A DNA stretch of 64,000 nucleotides from an uncultured Anaeroplasmatales bacterium (GCA_964634685.1 CAZWLD010000003.1:784-64783), one strand, 5' to 3'; shown: positions 19,355 through 30,140, counted from the stretch's first letter. The notes: generated by a model from the sequence alone, not told the origin. Numbers and translations are program-made.

Positions 19355-21700
19355 CTATTTTATTCTGTAAATAACGCATCCCGTCACAAGCAACATTTTC
19401 AATGCTTCAAAATCATAGCTATTCGCATAAATTGTAAGCTTTTTATCAAAGGTACCACGCGCTTTAATATTGATGGCATTTCCGCCAATTAAAATATTTT
19501 TCTTACGTAAGGTATCAATTGTGACAAATTCACCATCATCAAAGGCCCGAGCAATATCATCAAGATAGACATCATAATACCTTACCTCTAATGCTCTTGT
19601 CCCAACGATAATTGGAATCTTATCATCAACCTCCATCGGAATATCTAATATATCCGTATCCGAAACACGATCACGTAAAAGATTTTCTAAACCCATTGAT
19701 TCAAGAATAGCTCCACCATCAATTTGAAGATTAGCCTCATAAGGAACATATTCAAAATTTCTCTTTGGCTTAAGTCCTCTTACTCCCATAATAATATCAA
19801 TCAACTCTAAGGCAAGACCCAAGGCCCGATCACTCGTAATTCGAATCATCGTCGGGATATAGGTATATTGCTTCTTGTTAGAAACATCACGATGATGATA
19901 TTTCTTTTGATCAATGGAATTTGGGTCAATCGCAAGATAAACCTTTAATCTTTTTCCACCTAAGCTAATTCGACCAATTAAGCCACGATTACGGAAGGAC
20001 TCTCCCTTTCTTGATAAACGATCATGACAACGATAAAGCATAAAACGATTCTTTAGCTTTGAATAATAAACCTTCGTCTTCTCATCTAAAAATTTAATCT
20101 TATTCAAGAAATTTTGGCGAATCGGCGCATTGTTTATAATTTCAGAATCCGACAATTCCACGGCTTCATCCTCGTCGATATCATCATCTTCCTCTTGTTC
20201 CTCCTCGGGAGCTTCTCGCTTTTCATCAAATTCAAAGAAGCGCTCAAAGGGATTAACAGGATTATCACCTAAGCTTGGAGTATCATTTTGATCATAGCTC
20301 GCAATCATATCATCATCAAGGCTCGGAGCACTATCAGTATCTAAAATTTCGTCTAAAACATGATTATCGTATCCGAAATTTCTTTGATTGAAGTAGGAAT
20401 CCTGAACGATATTTTGACGGTTTCTTTTTTCCTCAAGATATTTTTCATATTCTTCCTTTGTATATGGATTTGAGCCTTGAACATTATCATATTCTAAGAC
20501 AGCCTTGCCAAAGCCCTTTTCATAAACCTCAATTCGGATAATTGTTAAAACACCCGCAACGGCAAAAATTAATAAAGCAATTACAAGTTTATAATTCCTA
20601 AATTGATAAAGCGGATAAGCAAAGGATAAAATCGCAAATAAATCTAAGGATATTAACCAGAAATCCAAAGGACGAATATCCTTTTGTTTAATGTCAAAGC
20701 AAGTAATAACAATTCCTATAACTACCAAGGTCACAGCTAAGAGTATCATTAAGACCAACACAAAGGTACCAAGATTATTGAATCCAGCATAATCAAAAAG
20801 AAAGATTAAAGCAAATAATGATAAAGCCACGATAAAAGCCGGAGTTAAATGATACTTCAAGGCTAAGTTGCTATAATAACGATTAATTTTAAAACGGCAA
20901 CGCTTTGGAATCTTACCCTTATAGAAAATTGAACGAATAATGATCAAAACCACTAGCAAAATGAAGCCAACACTATATGCCAAGAAATACGTAACCTTAA
21001 AGCTTCTTAAGAAATAAATACTAATAGGGCATAACATGAAGATCACAAACCAAACCAAGTGGTCAAATATCGAAATGCTTGTCCTTCTTCCAAAAATTGA
21101 TTCAAATAAAATTGAAACAAAAATACTAAAGGCAACGCCTAAAAACAAAAGGATAGTTTGAACAACCTTAACATCAAAAAAGATATTTTTCATTACTGCT
21201 AAAGCAATAAAGCCAACAGAAAGTCCCAAAACAGCAGTCACTAAATAAATTGGCTTTGATAAAATCGTTCCAAAATAAATCTTTGAACCAACCGGTATTG
21301 ATAATCCACTCGTAAAGAAAACACTTCTTAAAACGAAATAAACAATAAACCCAATCACCGCTAGAATAAAGAAAATAAGCTTTGCCAAATCAAAAATGAC
21401 AATTCCATTGCCTATCAAGCAAACAATCGTAAAGAAGGCTGATGTTAACATCAAAAAATCCACGCCCGAAATCTCATCGGTTTTTATTTTTATAAAGCCC
21501 AAAAATAAAACAAAGATGACAACACCGGCAATGATTCCATCATATAATGGATTAGCGTACACGGCAAAACGATTTCCTAATCTACTAAAAATATCAAGAT
21601 AATTTATAAAAAAAGTGAAAAGACCTAAAATTCCACCCATCAAAAAGGCTTGAAAGCCATCAAAAGTCTTAAATAATCGATAAATATAGCCCTTATTCAT
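19355..21700 (-). CDS. Polytopic membrane protein with acidic linker, conserved unknown domain and C-terminal uL15-like domain
   Basis: About 390 aa of hydrophobic helices, D/E-rich linker, KVYLAIDP domain, and a C-terminus matching the L15 C-terminal pattern. Confidence 0.7.
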   Translation of the reverse strand: MNKGYIYRLFKTFDGFQAFLMGGILGLFTFFINYLDIFSRLGNRFAVYANPLYDGIIAGVVIFVLFLGFIKIKTDEISGVDFLMLTSAFFTIVCLIGNGIVIFDLAKLIFFILAVIGFIVYFVLRSVFFTSGLSIPVGSKIYFGTILSKPIYLVTAVLGLSVGFIALAVMKNIFFDVKVVQTILLFLGVAFSIFVSILFESIFGRRTSISIFDHLVWFVIFMLCPISIYFLRSFKVTYFLAYSVGFILLVVLIIIRSIFYKGKIPKRCRFKINRYYSNLALKYHLTPAFIVALSLFALIFLFDYAGFNNLGTFVLVLMILLAVTLVVIGIVITCFDIKQKDIRPLDFWLISLDLFAILSFAYPLYQFRNYKLVIALLIFAVAGVLTIIRIEVYEKGFGKAVLEYDNVQGSNPYTKEEYEKYLEEKRNRQNIVQDSYFNQRNFGYDNHVLDEILDTDSAPSLDDDMIASYDQNDTPSLGDNPVNPFERFFEFDEKREAPEEEQEEDDDIDEDEAVELSDSEIINNAPIRQNFLNKIKFLDEKTKVYYSKLKNRFMLYRCHDRLSRKGESFRNRGLIGRISLGGKRLKVYLAIDPNSIDQKKYHHRDVSNKKQYTYIPTMIRITSDRALGLALELIDIIMGVRGLKPKRNFEYVPYEANLQIDGGAILESMGLENLLRDRVSDTDILDIPMEVDDKIPIIVGTRALEVRYYDVYLDDIARAFDDGEFVTIDTLRKKNILIGGNAINIKARGTFDKKLTIYANSYDFEALKMLLVTGCVIYRIK

Positions 21701-21847
21701 AATAACCACCTCCAAATGTCTAAAAAGACATTATATAAATATTTTAAAATATTTATTGAATAATCTCAATAGAAAACGTGAAAAAAAGTCGCTTTTTTTC
21801 AATAAAACGACTTCAATTCTTAAATATTTATGAATTTTTTTATAAGT

Positions 21848-22411
21848 CTATTCTTTATTTTCGAATTTTTCATTCAATTTGTTAATTCCATCGTTAATCG
21901 AAACAAGTAATTCATGGTCGGTTATTTCGGGTTTCTTTTCTTCAATCTCATCCTTAAAATATTCTGGGTATTTAGCCTTCAAGGATTCATAAAGAACAGC
22001 TCCCGGCTCATCATCCTCATCAAATAATTCGGGATGTTCTTTTTTGAGCTTCTTTAAATACTTTATTTTTTGCTTTGTATAGCGATTCTTAAGACCCGAA
22101 ATTACCCTAATTGTGACAAAAATGGAAAAGGCAATAATAAAGAAATCTAAGACACTTTGTAAAAAGGTTCCATATTGTAAAATAATTGCATCCTTAACTA
22201 CTTCACCATTTTCTACTACCTCTTGTACCAAAACTAAAGAACCACTTTTAATATTAAATCCACATAACGATGATATAAGCGGCATAATGATATCATTAGC
22301 TAAGCTTTTAACAATCGCTTGAAAGGACGCACCGATAATGATACCGATAGCTAAATCGATAATATTTCCGCGATTAATAAATTTTGCAAAATCCTTAAAA
22401 AACTTTTTCAT
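21848..22411 (-). CDS. mscL: Large-conductance mechanosensitive channel, copy 1 (long C-terminal insert)
   Basis: FAKFINRGNIIDLAIGIIIG and YGTFLQSVLDFFIIAF. Confidence 0.88.
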   Translation of the reverse strand: MKKFFKDFAKFINRGNIIDLAIGIIIGASFQAIVKSLANDIIMPLISSLCGFNIKSGSLVLVQEVVENGEVVKDAIILQYGTFLQSVLDFFIIAFSIFVTIRVISGLKNRYTKQKIKYLKKLKKEHPELFDEDDEPGAVLYESLKAKYPEYFKDEIEEKKPEITDHELLVSINDGINKLNEKFENKE

Positions 22412-22461
22412 ATAACCCTCCATCATAAACAAAGCCTCTTATGAAATAAGAAGCCTTGATT

Positions 22462-22959
22462 TTAAAGCTGTTCTGTTTTTACAACCTTGACCTCATTATT
22501 GTCAAATAGGAAGCCAATTCCATTAACAATAGCGATAACACCAATAATGATGAAAATCCAATTGACAGCCGCAAAGGTATTAACAATTAGTAATAGTCCA
22601 ACTGCCATTTCACAAATTGGTTTTAAAATTGCAATAATCTTCTTTCCAAGGCTAAGCCCTGCAAGATTATTTAGAGAAACAAAATTCTTAATTCCTAAGG
22701 CCGTAATACAAATACCCGCAATTACTAAGGCAACCTCAGTTAAAAGCCACCCAAAAATCAAAATCACCGCACCCGAAATAAGTTCAATCAAAGCCTGTTG
22801 GTTTTTCTTATTAACAAGATCCATAACGGCTAAAATGATTAAGAGAACGCCCACAATGGTTAAAATCCAGCTAAGGATTTTTGATTGAAAAATACAAAAT
22901 AAAATTCCAATTAAGATAAAAGAAATTGCTGCAATTAAGTTATCCTTTCTTATGTTCAT
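22462..22959 (-). CDS. DUF308/HdeD-like membrane protein
   Basis: Two repeats of a three-helix hydrophobic unit with G-x-x-x-I-x-x-G patterns. Confidence 0.6.
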   Translation of the reverse strand: MNIRKDNLIAAISFILIGILFCIFQSKILSWILTIVGVLLIILAVMDLVNKKNQQALIELISGAVILIFGWLLTEVALVIAGICITALGIKNFVSLNNLAGLSLGKKIIAILKPICEMAVGLLLIVNTFAAVNWIFIIIGVIAIVNGIGFLFDNNEVKVVKTEQL

Positions 22960-23047
22960 ATAAAAACCTCCAATACAAAACATATTATAGCACGAATATT
23001 TTTCAATATTTAAAATATAGAAAAAATTACATAATTATGGTAAAAAC

Positions 23048-24586
23048 TCATTTTGATAATATTTCTAAGCCTTTATCTGTTACTAAAACCGTGTATTCAA
23101 ACTGCGCTGACAAGGAATAATCATCAGTATAAATGGTCCATTCATTATCCGAATCTAAAAAAACATCGTGAGTTCCAGCATTGATCATCGGCTCAATTGT
23201 AAAAACCATTCCCGGGGTAATAAGCATTCCGGTGTGTCGTCTTCCATAATGAACAACATCTGGTTCCTCGTGAAATAAAAGTCCGACCCCATGGCCCGTG
23301 CATTCTCTGACAACACTATATCCATTTTTATGAGCATGCTCGGTGATTATTCCCGAAATATCACCTAAGCGCATATAGGGCTTAACCAAAGAAACGGCCA
23401 AATCAAGGCACTCATGCGCCACTCTTACAAGTCGCTTCGCCTCTTTGGTCGGATTACCAATTATAAAGGTTCGCGATGCATCCGCAAAATAGCCATCCAC
23501 AATCGTCGTACAATCAACATTGATAATATCACCATTTTTTAAAATAACCCTTTTACTTGGAATACCATGACACACCTGCTCATTAACCGATGTACAGACA
23601 CTTTTCGGAAAACCTTCATAATGAAGGGGAGCTGGAATTCCCCCTAATTCTAGGGTTTTTTGATAAACCATTTGGTTAATATCCTCCGTTTTAAGGCCCA
23701 ATTTGATATTTGCCTCGACATAATCTAAGACAGCTGTGTTAATAATACCAGCCTTTCTTATTCCTTCAATTTGTTTTTCATTTTTTATCATATTATGTGG
23801 TGGAATGCCAATCCCCCGATTTTTATATTCATTTGCCTTGATATCATATTTATGATGACATTCGATATATGGCTTATTAGATCCACACCAACATAAATCA
23901 AGCTTGGGCAATTTATCTAAAAATTCTGATAGCTTCGATAAATTACCTTGATAGGTGGGATTAAAGGGAACATTTTTACTATTAATTAAAGTATCCGTTC
24001 GAATAAAGGCCTTGATACCTAATTCTTCGATTACCAAATCCTCCAAGGCATCATTCCCAACCATTAATATCTCTTCTTTATTGAGAGAAAACTTATTAAT
24101 TACTTCTAAAAAATATTCTTTGTTCGGCTTCGTAAAATGGCTATTTTCGTATGTTGTAATATGTTCAAAAAGTCCCGGATATAATCCTGCCCATCGGATT
24201 CTTTCATAGGTTGCGATTTGAGGAAAAATTGGATTTGTTAATAAAAACAAACGATAGCCCTTATCCTTCAAATTCATTAGGCTGTTATATATCGATAGGC
24301 TAGCACTGCACGCTTCCTTCGTTTTTAAGAATTCATTAATATAAAAATCTGTGAAAAATCCTTCTAAATGATAGGTATTTTGATCATCAAAAAAAGCTTT
24401 TTTGTTAGTGACTTTTCCGTCATTTTGATACATTGCTCGAATGCCGCTATCAACAATTTCGGAAATATTTTGAATATTTTCTAATTGGGCTTTCTTTTCA
24501 ATTTCTTCATAATAAATTCGTAAAAATTCCTTAACATCCATATTGAGTAAAGTTCCATCAAGGTCAAAAAAGATATTCTTAATCAT
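23048..24586 (-). CDS. map: HAD hydrolase - SEC-C - type I methionine aminopeptidase fusion
   Basis: FDLDGT and MVGND (HAD); CWCGSNKPYIECH (SEC-C); VCHGIP, INVDCT, FADASRT, GHGVG, FHEEP, TIEPM, AQFE (MetAP); one open frame. Confidence 0.85.
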   Translation of the reverse strand: MIKNIFFDLDGTLLNMDVKEFLRIYYEEIEKKAQLENIQNISEIVDSGIRAMYQNDGKVTNKKAFFDDQNTYHLEGFFTDFYINEFLKTKEACSASLSIYNSLMNLKDKGYRLFLLTNPIFPQIATYERIRWAGLYPGLFEHITTYENSHFTKPNKEYFLEVINKFSLNKEEILMVGNDALEDLVIEELGIKAFIRTDTLINSKNVPFNPTYQGNLSKLSEFLDKLPKLDLCWCGSNKPYIECHHKYDIKANEYKNRGIGIPPHNMIKNEKQIEGIRKAGIINTAVLDYVEANIKLGLKTEDINQMVYQKTLELGGIPAPLHYEGFPKSVCTSVNEQVCHGIPSKRVILKNGDIINVDCTTIVDGYFADASRTFIIGNPTKEAKRLVRVAHECLDLAVSLVKPYMRLGDISGIITEHAHKNGYSVVRECTGHGVGLLFHEEPDVVHYGRRHTGMLITPGMVFTIEPMINAGTHDVFLDSDNEWTIYTDDYSLSAQFEYTVLVTDKGLEILSK

Positions 24587-24767
24587 TATTACCCTCCTTA
24601 AATTGGTTTAAAGAGGATGAATAAAAATATCCTTCTTTATTTAATATTTCGTTTATTTCATCCTTTGATTCATCTAAATCATCGCATAAAGCATCAAGAC
24701 TATCATATTGATCGCGAAGCTTCATATTTAAAACGCTTAATAGCATTATTGGATTTTTTGGCAACAT
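24579..24767 (-). CDS. DUF4250-family small protein
   Basis: MLPKNPIMLLSVLNMKLRDQYDSLDALCDD pattern. Confidence 0.75.
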   Translation of the reverse strand: MLPKNPIMLLSVLNMKLRDQYDSLDALCDDLDESKDEINEILNKEGYFYSSSLNQFKEGNND

Positions 24768-24808
24768 AAAAATTCCTCCCTCATTAAAAAACGGCCTAGA
24801 TAGACCGT

Positions 24809-25567
24809 TTAATCTCTGTTATTAGCAAATAAGATAATTAAGATGCGTAATATTTGATAATATAAATAGATGATTGAAACCATTAAGCCTAAAGCTGAAA
24901 CCCATTCATATCGTTTATCAGCTCCACCTCTAACAACACTTGCCGCATCATCAAAATCAATAATCAAACAGAACGCTGCAACAAAGACACAGAATATTGA
25001 TACCAAAATGGAAACTAAACCGTATCCATAGAATAGCTCAGCTAATACAAAATTACCAAAGAAGCTAGCAATAGTCGCAACCAAGGATATTACCATGATA
25101 CTTACTAATGATATTAAAACAAATTTACGCATACGACCGCTTGCCCGAACTAAGCCCGTTGCATAAAAGAACAATGATACACCGAAAACAGTGATTGTCG
25201 CAAGAATAGCCGCCGAAGCAATCCCTGGATATACAGCATCACACAATGCGGTGATAACTCCTAGGCTAAGTCCTTCCGCCATCGAATAAATAATACTACA
25301 AGGCATCGCTGCTTTTAAGCTTCTGATACCAATCATCGCAGAAATGAAAGCCGCAATTGGCCCAATAATCAATAAAACATATAATAGCTTAACCGGAATA
25401 AATAAAGCTGCGACTCCAGTTGCTATAGATAAAAGAAAGCAAAGAAAGGTTTTTAAGCTAATTCCACCATAGGTTGCTCTTTCTCCACTATATTCAGATG
25501 AAGCTGTTTCTTCACCTACAACAATACTTCTAAACGCTGGATTTGATTTTTCATTCATAAATAACAA
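24809..25567 (-). CDS. Bax inhibitor-1/YccA family membrane protein
   Basis: Seven TM helices, LIIDFD and EWVSALGLMVSIIYLYYQILRIL. Confidence 0.8.
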   Translation of the reverse strand: MLFMNEKSNPAFRSIVVGEETASSEYSGERATYGGISLKTFLCFLLSIATGVAALFIPVKLLYVLLIIGPIAAFISAMIGIRSLKAAMPCSIIYSMAEGLSLGVITALCDAVYPGIASAAILATITVFGVSLFFYATGLVRASGRMRKFVLISLVSIMVISLVATIASFFGNFVLAELFYGYGLVSILVSIFCVFVAAFCLIIDFDDAASVVRGGADKRYEWVSALGLMVSIIYLYYQILRILIILFANNRD

Positions 25568-25631
25568 CTCCTTTTCATTTCATTATTAGTATATCATTAT
25601 TTTATGTGTTTTCTATGTGATAATTATAAAA

Positions 25632-26135
25632 TTAATCATTTAGATATTTTTGATATTGTTGATTTATTATTTTGATTATCGGCTTATATAGCCAAATGAT
25701 ACTCAAATATGTCGAAATCACCAAAATCAAGGTAAAAGGAATATCCGCAAGAAAATAAGCCAAAATATCAATTTCTAGAAAGAAAGCATTGGTAATTAAA
25801 AAGGATAAGGAATAAACAATAGCCCCTAATGATCCAAGTAAACCAATGATATATACATTATCTTTATGATAAGCTTTTTTTATAAGAATAGTGATTATAT
25901 ACCCAACAAGCATCGGGATAACAACAATCAGACTTAGGCTTCCCATTACCAAATTATCTAATAGGACATGAGCAAAAACAATCAAGGATGTCTTTCTAAA
26001 GCCTAAGCAATCGACATAACAAATTAATAATAGAAAAGTAAATTGAATATTAGGAAGAAAGGATAATGCCTCTTCTTGGACAAAAAGGACACAGGCAAGA
26101 AGGGCTAACAAAACAAGTATTTTTAAATTCTTCAT
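25632..26135 (-). CDS. ECF transporter S-component, CbrT (cobalamin)-like
   Basis: About 170 aa, highly hydrophobic, LPNIQ motif after TM1; co-transcribed with a DUF4430-like gene. Confidence 0.6.
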   Translation of the reverse strand: MKNLKILVLLALLACVLFVQEEALSFLPNIQFTFLLLICYVDCLGFRKTSLIVFAHVLLDNLVMGSLSLIVVIPMLVGYIITILIKKAYHKDNVYIIGLLGSLGAIVYSLSFLITNAFFLEIDILAYFLADIPFTLILVISTYLSIIWLYKPIIKIINQQYQKYLND

Positions 26136-26494
26136 ATTCTTGTCACCTTGAATTTTATTACATCCTTATCCTTTAATTCAATTTGTCTTATTCCCTTATT
26201 AGCATATAAATCATTTATATAAATGGCAATATAATCATTAACAAAATCGGTTTTGACATCATCAATCGAAAGAATAACATTTCCATCCATAACAATCGTA
26301 AAATTTTCATTCATTAGCTCAAATAAGGTTTGACCCTTTTGGAAGTTTAATTTTTTTTCATAAACTAATTCTTCATCATAAACCAAAATCAAGCATTGAC
26401 CATCATCATTAGCCTTAGGATTAATGGAAACAAAAACCACTAAGCCAACTAATAAAGAGACTCCTACGATTGTGATAATAATCTTTTTAAGCAT
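26132..26494 (-). CDS. Membrane-anchored DUF4430 (transcobalamin beta-domain-like) protein
   Basis: N-terminal TM, then TLFELM...ILSIDDV...YIAIYINDLYANKGIRQIELKDKDVIKF. Confidence 0.65.
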   Translation of the reverse strand: MLKKIIITIVGVSLLVGLVVFVSINPKANDDGQCLILVYDEELVYEKKLNFQKGQTLFELMNENFTIVMDGNVILSIDDVKTDFVNDYIAIYINDLYANKGIRQIELKDKDVIKFKVTRI

Positions 26495-27266
26495 AATATT
26501 GATAATAACAAAGCATTAAAAAGGCTTGAGGAGAGGCATAGTTATAATCAAAATCCTCATTATCTAGATTTCTAAAGGCTTTGTTTTCATAATAATGATA
26601 TATTTCTTCTAAATCGATTTTGTCCTTATTATCTGTTAATAGATAGCCTAAATAGGCAAAGCTCAACGAACAACAATTTTTCCCTGACCATGAGCTTGGA
26701 AAATTGTTTTTGATTTCATCGTCAATAAATGAAACAATATTTGATAAATCAATTTGATAATGAGCTAAGGCTAGAGCGCACATCCCTGCATAATCGCAAT
26801 CCTTATAGGTGGCATTATCAAAATCCTTGACATAATTGATATAGTCTTCATCTTCAATATCAAGTAAAGCTAAAGCCCACAAGGTAAAAGCCATTCCGTA
26901 ATCGTAGCTTGGCTTTTCCTTTGTTAAGATGATGTCCTTGATATTTGATTCAAGGGAAAAGGCATCATAAATAATCGCGATTTTTGACAATAAATAAATA
27001 TCGGCATCCGCAATTAACGGATCGTAATAATCCTTGATTTGAAGCTTTAGCTCTTCATTCTTTAAAACACTTTCGTTTCCAATCATTTTTAAGCCTTGAA
27101 CGTAATAACAATCCGTATTATAATAGCCGGATTCATTGTAAACCATGATATATTTATCAGATTCACTAACCATTTCTTCAATTATCGTTTCATATTTTTC
27201 CGTTTTCTTGGTGGCACATCCACCCAATAGTATCAAGAAAAATAAACAGAGAATTATTTTTTTCAT
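26487..27266 (-). CDS. Lipoprotein with alpha/alpha-barrel (prenyltransferase/transcobalamin alpha-domain-like) repeats
   Basis: LGGC lipobox; helical repeats DYAGMCALALAHY, NCCSLSFAYLG, NYASPQAFLML. Confidence 0.5.
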   Translation of the reverse strand: MKKIILCLFFLILLGGCATKKTEKYETIIEEMVSESDKYIMVYNESGYYNTDCYYVQGLKMIGNESVLKNEELKLQIKDYYDPLIADADIYLLSKIAIIYDAFSLESNIKDIILTKEKPSYDYGMAFTLWALALLDIEDEDYINYVKDFDNATYKDCDYAGMCALALAHYQIDLSNIVSFIDDEIKNNFPSSWSGKNCCSLSFAYLGYLLTDNKDKIDLEEIYHYYENKAFRNLDNEDFDYNYASPQAFLMLCYYQYYA

Positions 27267-27351
27267 TTTTACTTCACCATAAAATATTTTACACTAAATA
27301 AAATATTAATTCTAGACAAATATGATATAATTGATTACGAGGTGAATATTT

Positions 27352-29157
27352 ATGCCTTTTTTACCAATGACAATCGCGGAAATCAAAGACCTTGGATGGG
27401 ACATGCCTGATTTCATCTATATTACAGGCGATGCCTATATCGATCATCCAAGCTTTGGTCCAGCAATTATTACGCGCGTTTTAGAAAATTTTGGCTATAA
27501 ATGTGCCATTATTAGTCAACCCGACATCAATAACGATGATGATTTTACAAAATTAGGAAAGCCAAGGCTTGCCTTTTTAGTGTCGAGCGGTAATATCGAT
27601 TCGATGGTTAATCATTATTCTGTTTCTTTAAAAAGACGAAAAAAAGACTTTTATACCCCTAATGGTGAAATGGGAAAACGTCCCGACCGAGCCGTAATCA
27701 AATACTGCAATAAGCTAAGAGATCTTTATCCTGATAGTGATATTATCATTGGCGGAATTGAGGCCTCCTTGCGAAGACTTGCCCATTATGATTATTGGGA
27801 TAATAAGGTCCGAAAATCGATTTTAATTGATTCAAAGGCGGATTTATTATTATATGGAATGGGTGAAAAAACAATTGTTAGTGTTGCGGATTGCCTTTCG
27901 GGTGGTCTAAGAGCCAAGGATATTATCTTCATTCGTAATTCTGTTTATAAAACTAATGATAAAGATTATTTACCAAGTGATGGTATCTATCTTCCAAGCT
28001 TCAAGGAAACCAAAACGGATAAGCTAAAATATGTTAAATCCTTCCAAATCCAATATGAAAATACCGATTGTTTCCACAGTAAGCCCTTGATTGAGGAATA
28101 TGATGATTGCTATATCGTTCAAAATCAACCCGAATTTCCCTTGTCACAGGAGGAAATGGATATGACCTATGCTCTTCCCTATATGCGAGCAGTCCATCCT
28201 TCTATTGAAGCGAAGGGACATGTTCCGGCTATCGATGAGGTTAAATTTTCCATTATCGCCAATCGTGGTTGCTTTGGTGGCTGTCACTTCTGCGCCTTAA
28301 CCTTCCATCAAGGACGAATCATTCAATCAAGATCGAAGGAATCGATCGTAGAGGAAGCCAAATTATTAACCGAGGATAAAGACTTTAAAGGCTATATTCA
28401 TGATATTGGTGGCCCAACCGCAAATTTCTATAATCCGGCTTGTAAAAAACAGCTTAAGCATGGAATCTGTACAAATAAAAGCTGTCTTGGCTATAATCCT
28501 TGTAAAAATTTAGAGGTAAGCCACGAGCAATATCTAGATATTTTAAAGGAAGTGCGCAATCTCCCGAAAATCAAAAAGGTTTTTATTAGGTCTGGTCTTC
28601 GCTATGACTATATTATGTATGATAAAAACAAAGAATTTTTTGAGGAATTAGTCAAAAATCATATTTCTGGTCAATTGAAGGTAGCGCCGGAGCATATTGA
28701 TGATCGCGTTTTAGTTCGGATGGGCAAGCCCTCCCGCGAGCTCTATGATGAATTTGTTAAAACCTATCACGAGATTAATCAAAAATTCCATAAGGATCAA
28801 TATCTTGTGCCTTATTTAATGAGCAGTCACCCCGGATCAACCTTAGACTGCGCCATCAATTTAGCTTGTTATTTAAAGGAGACTGGTTATATTCCCGAAC
28901 AGGTCCAGGATTTTTATCCAACCCCGGGTACCGCTTCAACCTGCATGTACTATACGGGAATTGATCCCTTTACAATGGAAAAAGTTTATGTGCCCAAAAA
29001 TCCTCACGAAAAAGCGATGCAAAGAGCCCTCATTCAATTCAATAATCCAAGAAACTACGATTTAGTTTACGAAGCTTTACAAAAAGCCAACCGAATGGAT
29101 TTAGTTGGCTATGGGAAGCATTGCTTAATTCCACCACGAAAACCATCAAATAAATAA
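27352..29157 (+). CDS. ygiQ: YgiQ/UPF0313 radical SAM protein
   Basis: [12 protein letters not shown]-terminus, CFGGCHFC motif, and [12 protein letters not shown]. Confidence 0.92.
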   Translation: MPFLPMTIAEIKDLGWDMPDFIYITGDAYIDHPSFGPAIITRVLENFGYKCAIISQPDINNDDDFTKLGKPRLAFLVSSGNIDSMVNHYSVSLKRRKKDFYTPNGEMGKRPDRAVIKYCNKLRDLYPDSDIIIGGIEASLRRLAHYDYWDNKVRKSILIDSKADLLLYGMGEKTIVSVADCLSGGLRAKDIIFIRNSVYKTNDKDYLPSDGIYLPSFKETKTDKLKYVKSFQIQYENTDCFHSKPLIEEYDDCYIVQNQPEFPLSQEEMDMTYALPYMRAVHPSIEAKGHVPAIDEVKFSIIANRGCFGGCHFCALTFHQGRIIQSRSKESIVEEAKLLTEDKDFKGYIHDIGGPTANFYNPACKKQLKHGICTNKSCLGYNPCKNLEVSHEQYLDILKEVRNLPKIKKVFIRSGLRYDYIMYDKNKEFFEELVKNHISGQLKVAPEHIDDRVLVRMGKPSRELYDEFVKTYHEINQKFHKDQYLVPYLMSSHPGSTLDCAINLACYLKETGYIPEQVQDFYPTPGTASTCMYYTGIDPFTMEKVYVPKNPHEKAMQRALIQFNNPRNYDLVYEALQKANRMDLVGYGKHCLIPPRKPSNK

Positions 29158-29182
29158 CCCCAGTCTAACAAACTGGGGTTTT
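29156..29182 (+). terminator. Rho-independent terminator
   Basis: AACCCCAGT / ACTGGGGTT stem followed by Ts. Confidence 0.75.
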
Positions 29183-29297
29183 ACTTATCAAAAATAATAA
29201 AGCATATCACTTAATTATTTTAAGCCAATTAGATATATGATTATTCATTCCAATATTCTTGGTAGCTTCCCAATAAAATAGGAATCTATTCTTCCAT

Positions 29298-30140
29298 TTA
29301 TTTTATGTTTTTTAATAACATCTCAGGCGTTATATCTTCTAATTTAGAAATAGTAAATCTTTTCTTTCCTATACTATTAAAGGAAGTTCCCATAGTGTAG
29401 GTTGTATTATCAATAATGATATACCTATCATGAAATACATCAGTATGAAATACTATAATATTATTTTTCACTTCACATTTATTTAAATATGAAGTTGAAG
29501 ATGTATATATAGAAACCGGAACGGTAATATTGACTAGCATATCAAGCAAAAACTGATCTGCATAATTATCAATTATTACAATTTGTTCCTTTGCCAAAAA
29601 GAATAACTTAATTAAAAAGGAATATGGCTTTAATATTTCCCCTTCAAATACAATTATGTTATTATCCGCATATATAGTTTGTTCAATATTCTTTATTCTG
29701 TTTTCAATATTAATATAATTAGCTTCTAATCTAAGAATATTTGATTGATAAGCTAATATTCTGTCATTGTTTATAGCATAGCCATTTAAAAGGTATTGCT
29801 TAAGAACACAATTAGCCCATTTTCTAAATAATATCCCCCTTTTGGATTTTACTCTATAACCAACGGAAATAATCATATCTAAATTATAGATTTTTGTCTT
29901 ATATTTTTTACCATCAGACGCAGTAATCGAGTATTCCTCGATAACTGAGTTATCCAACTCATTATCTGTGATTATGTTTTTAATATGAAGACTAATGTTA
30001 TCTACAGATACATTAAACAATTGAGACATTTGTTTTTGAGTTAACCAAACTGTATCTTCCTCAGGTGAAACATTTACATCCAAAGTAAAATCACCATCCT
30101 CAAATTTTATTAATTCATAAGTTTTCTTTTGATTATTCAA
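29298..30140 (-). CDS. RhuM-family protein with C-terminal PLD-like domain
   Basis: TVWLTQKQMSQLF and YNLDMIISVGYRVKS (RhuM); HDRYIIID...GTSFN (PLD-like); TTG start after GGAGG. Confidence 0.8.
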   Translation of the reverse strand: MNNQKKTYELIKFEDGDFTLDVNVSPEEDTVWLTQKQMSQLFNVSVDNISLHIKNIITDNELDNSVIEEYSITASDGKKYKTKIYNLDMIISVGYRVKSKRGILFRKWANCVLKQYLLNGYAINNDRILAYQSNILRLEANYINIENRIKNIEQTIYADNNIIVFEGEILKPYSFLIKLFFLAKEQIVIIDNYADQFLLDMLVNITVPVSIYTSSTSYLNKCEVKNNIIVFHTDVFHDRYIIIDNTTYTMGTSFNSIGKKRFTISKLEDITPEMLLKNIK

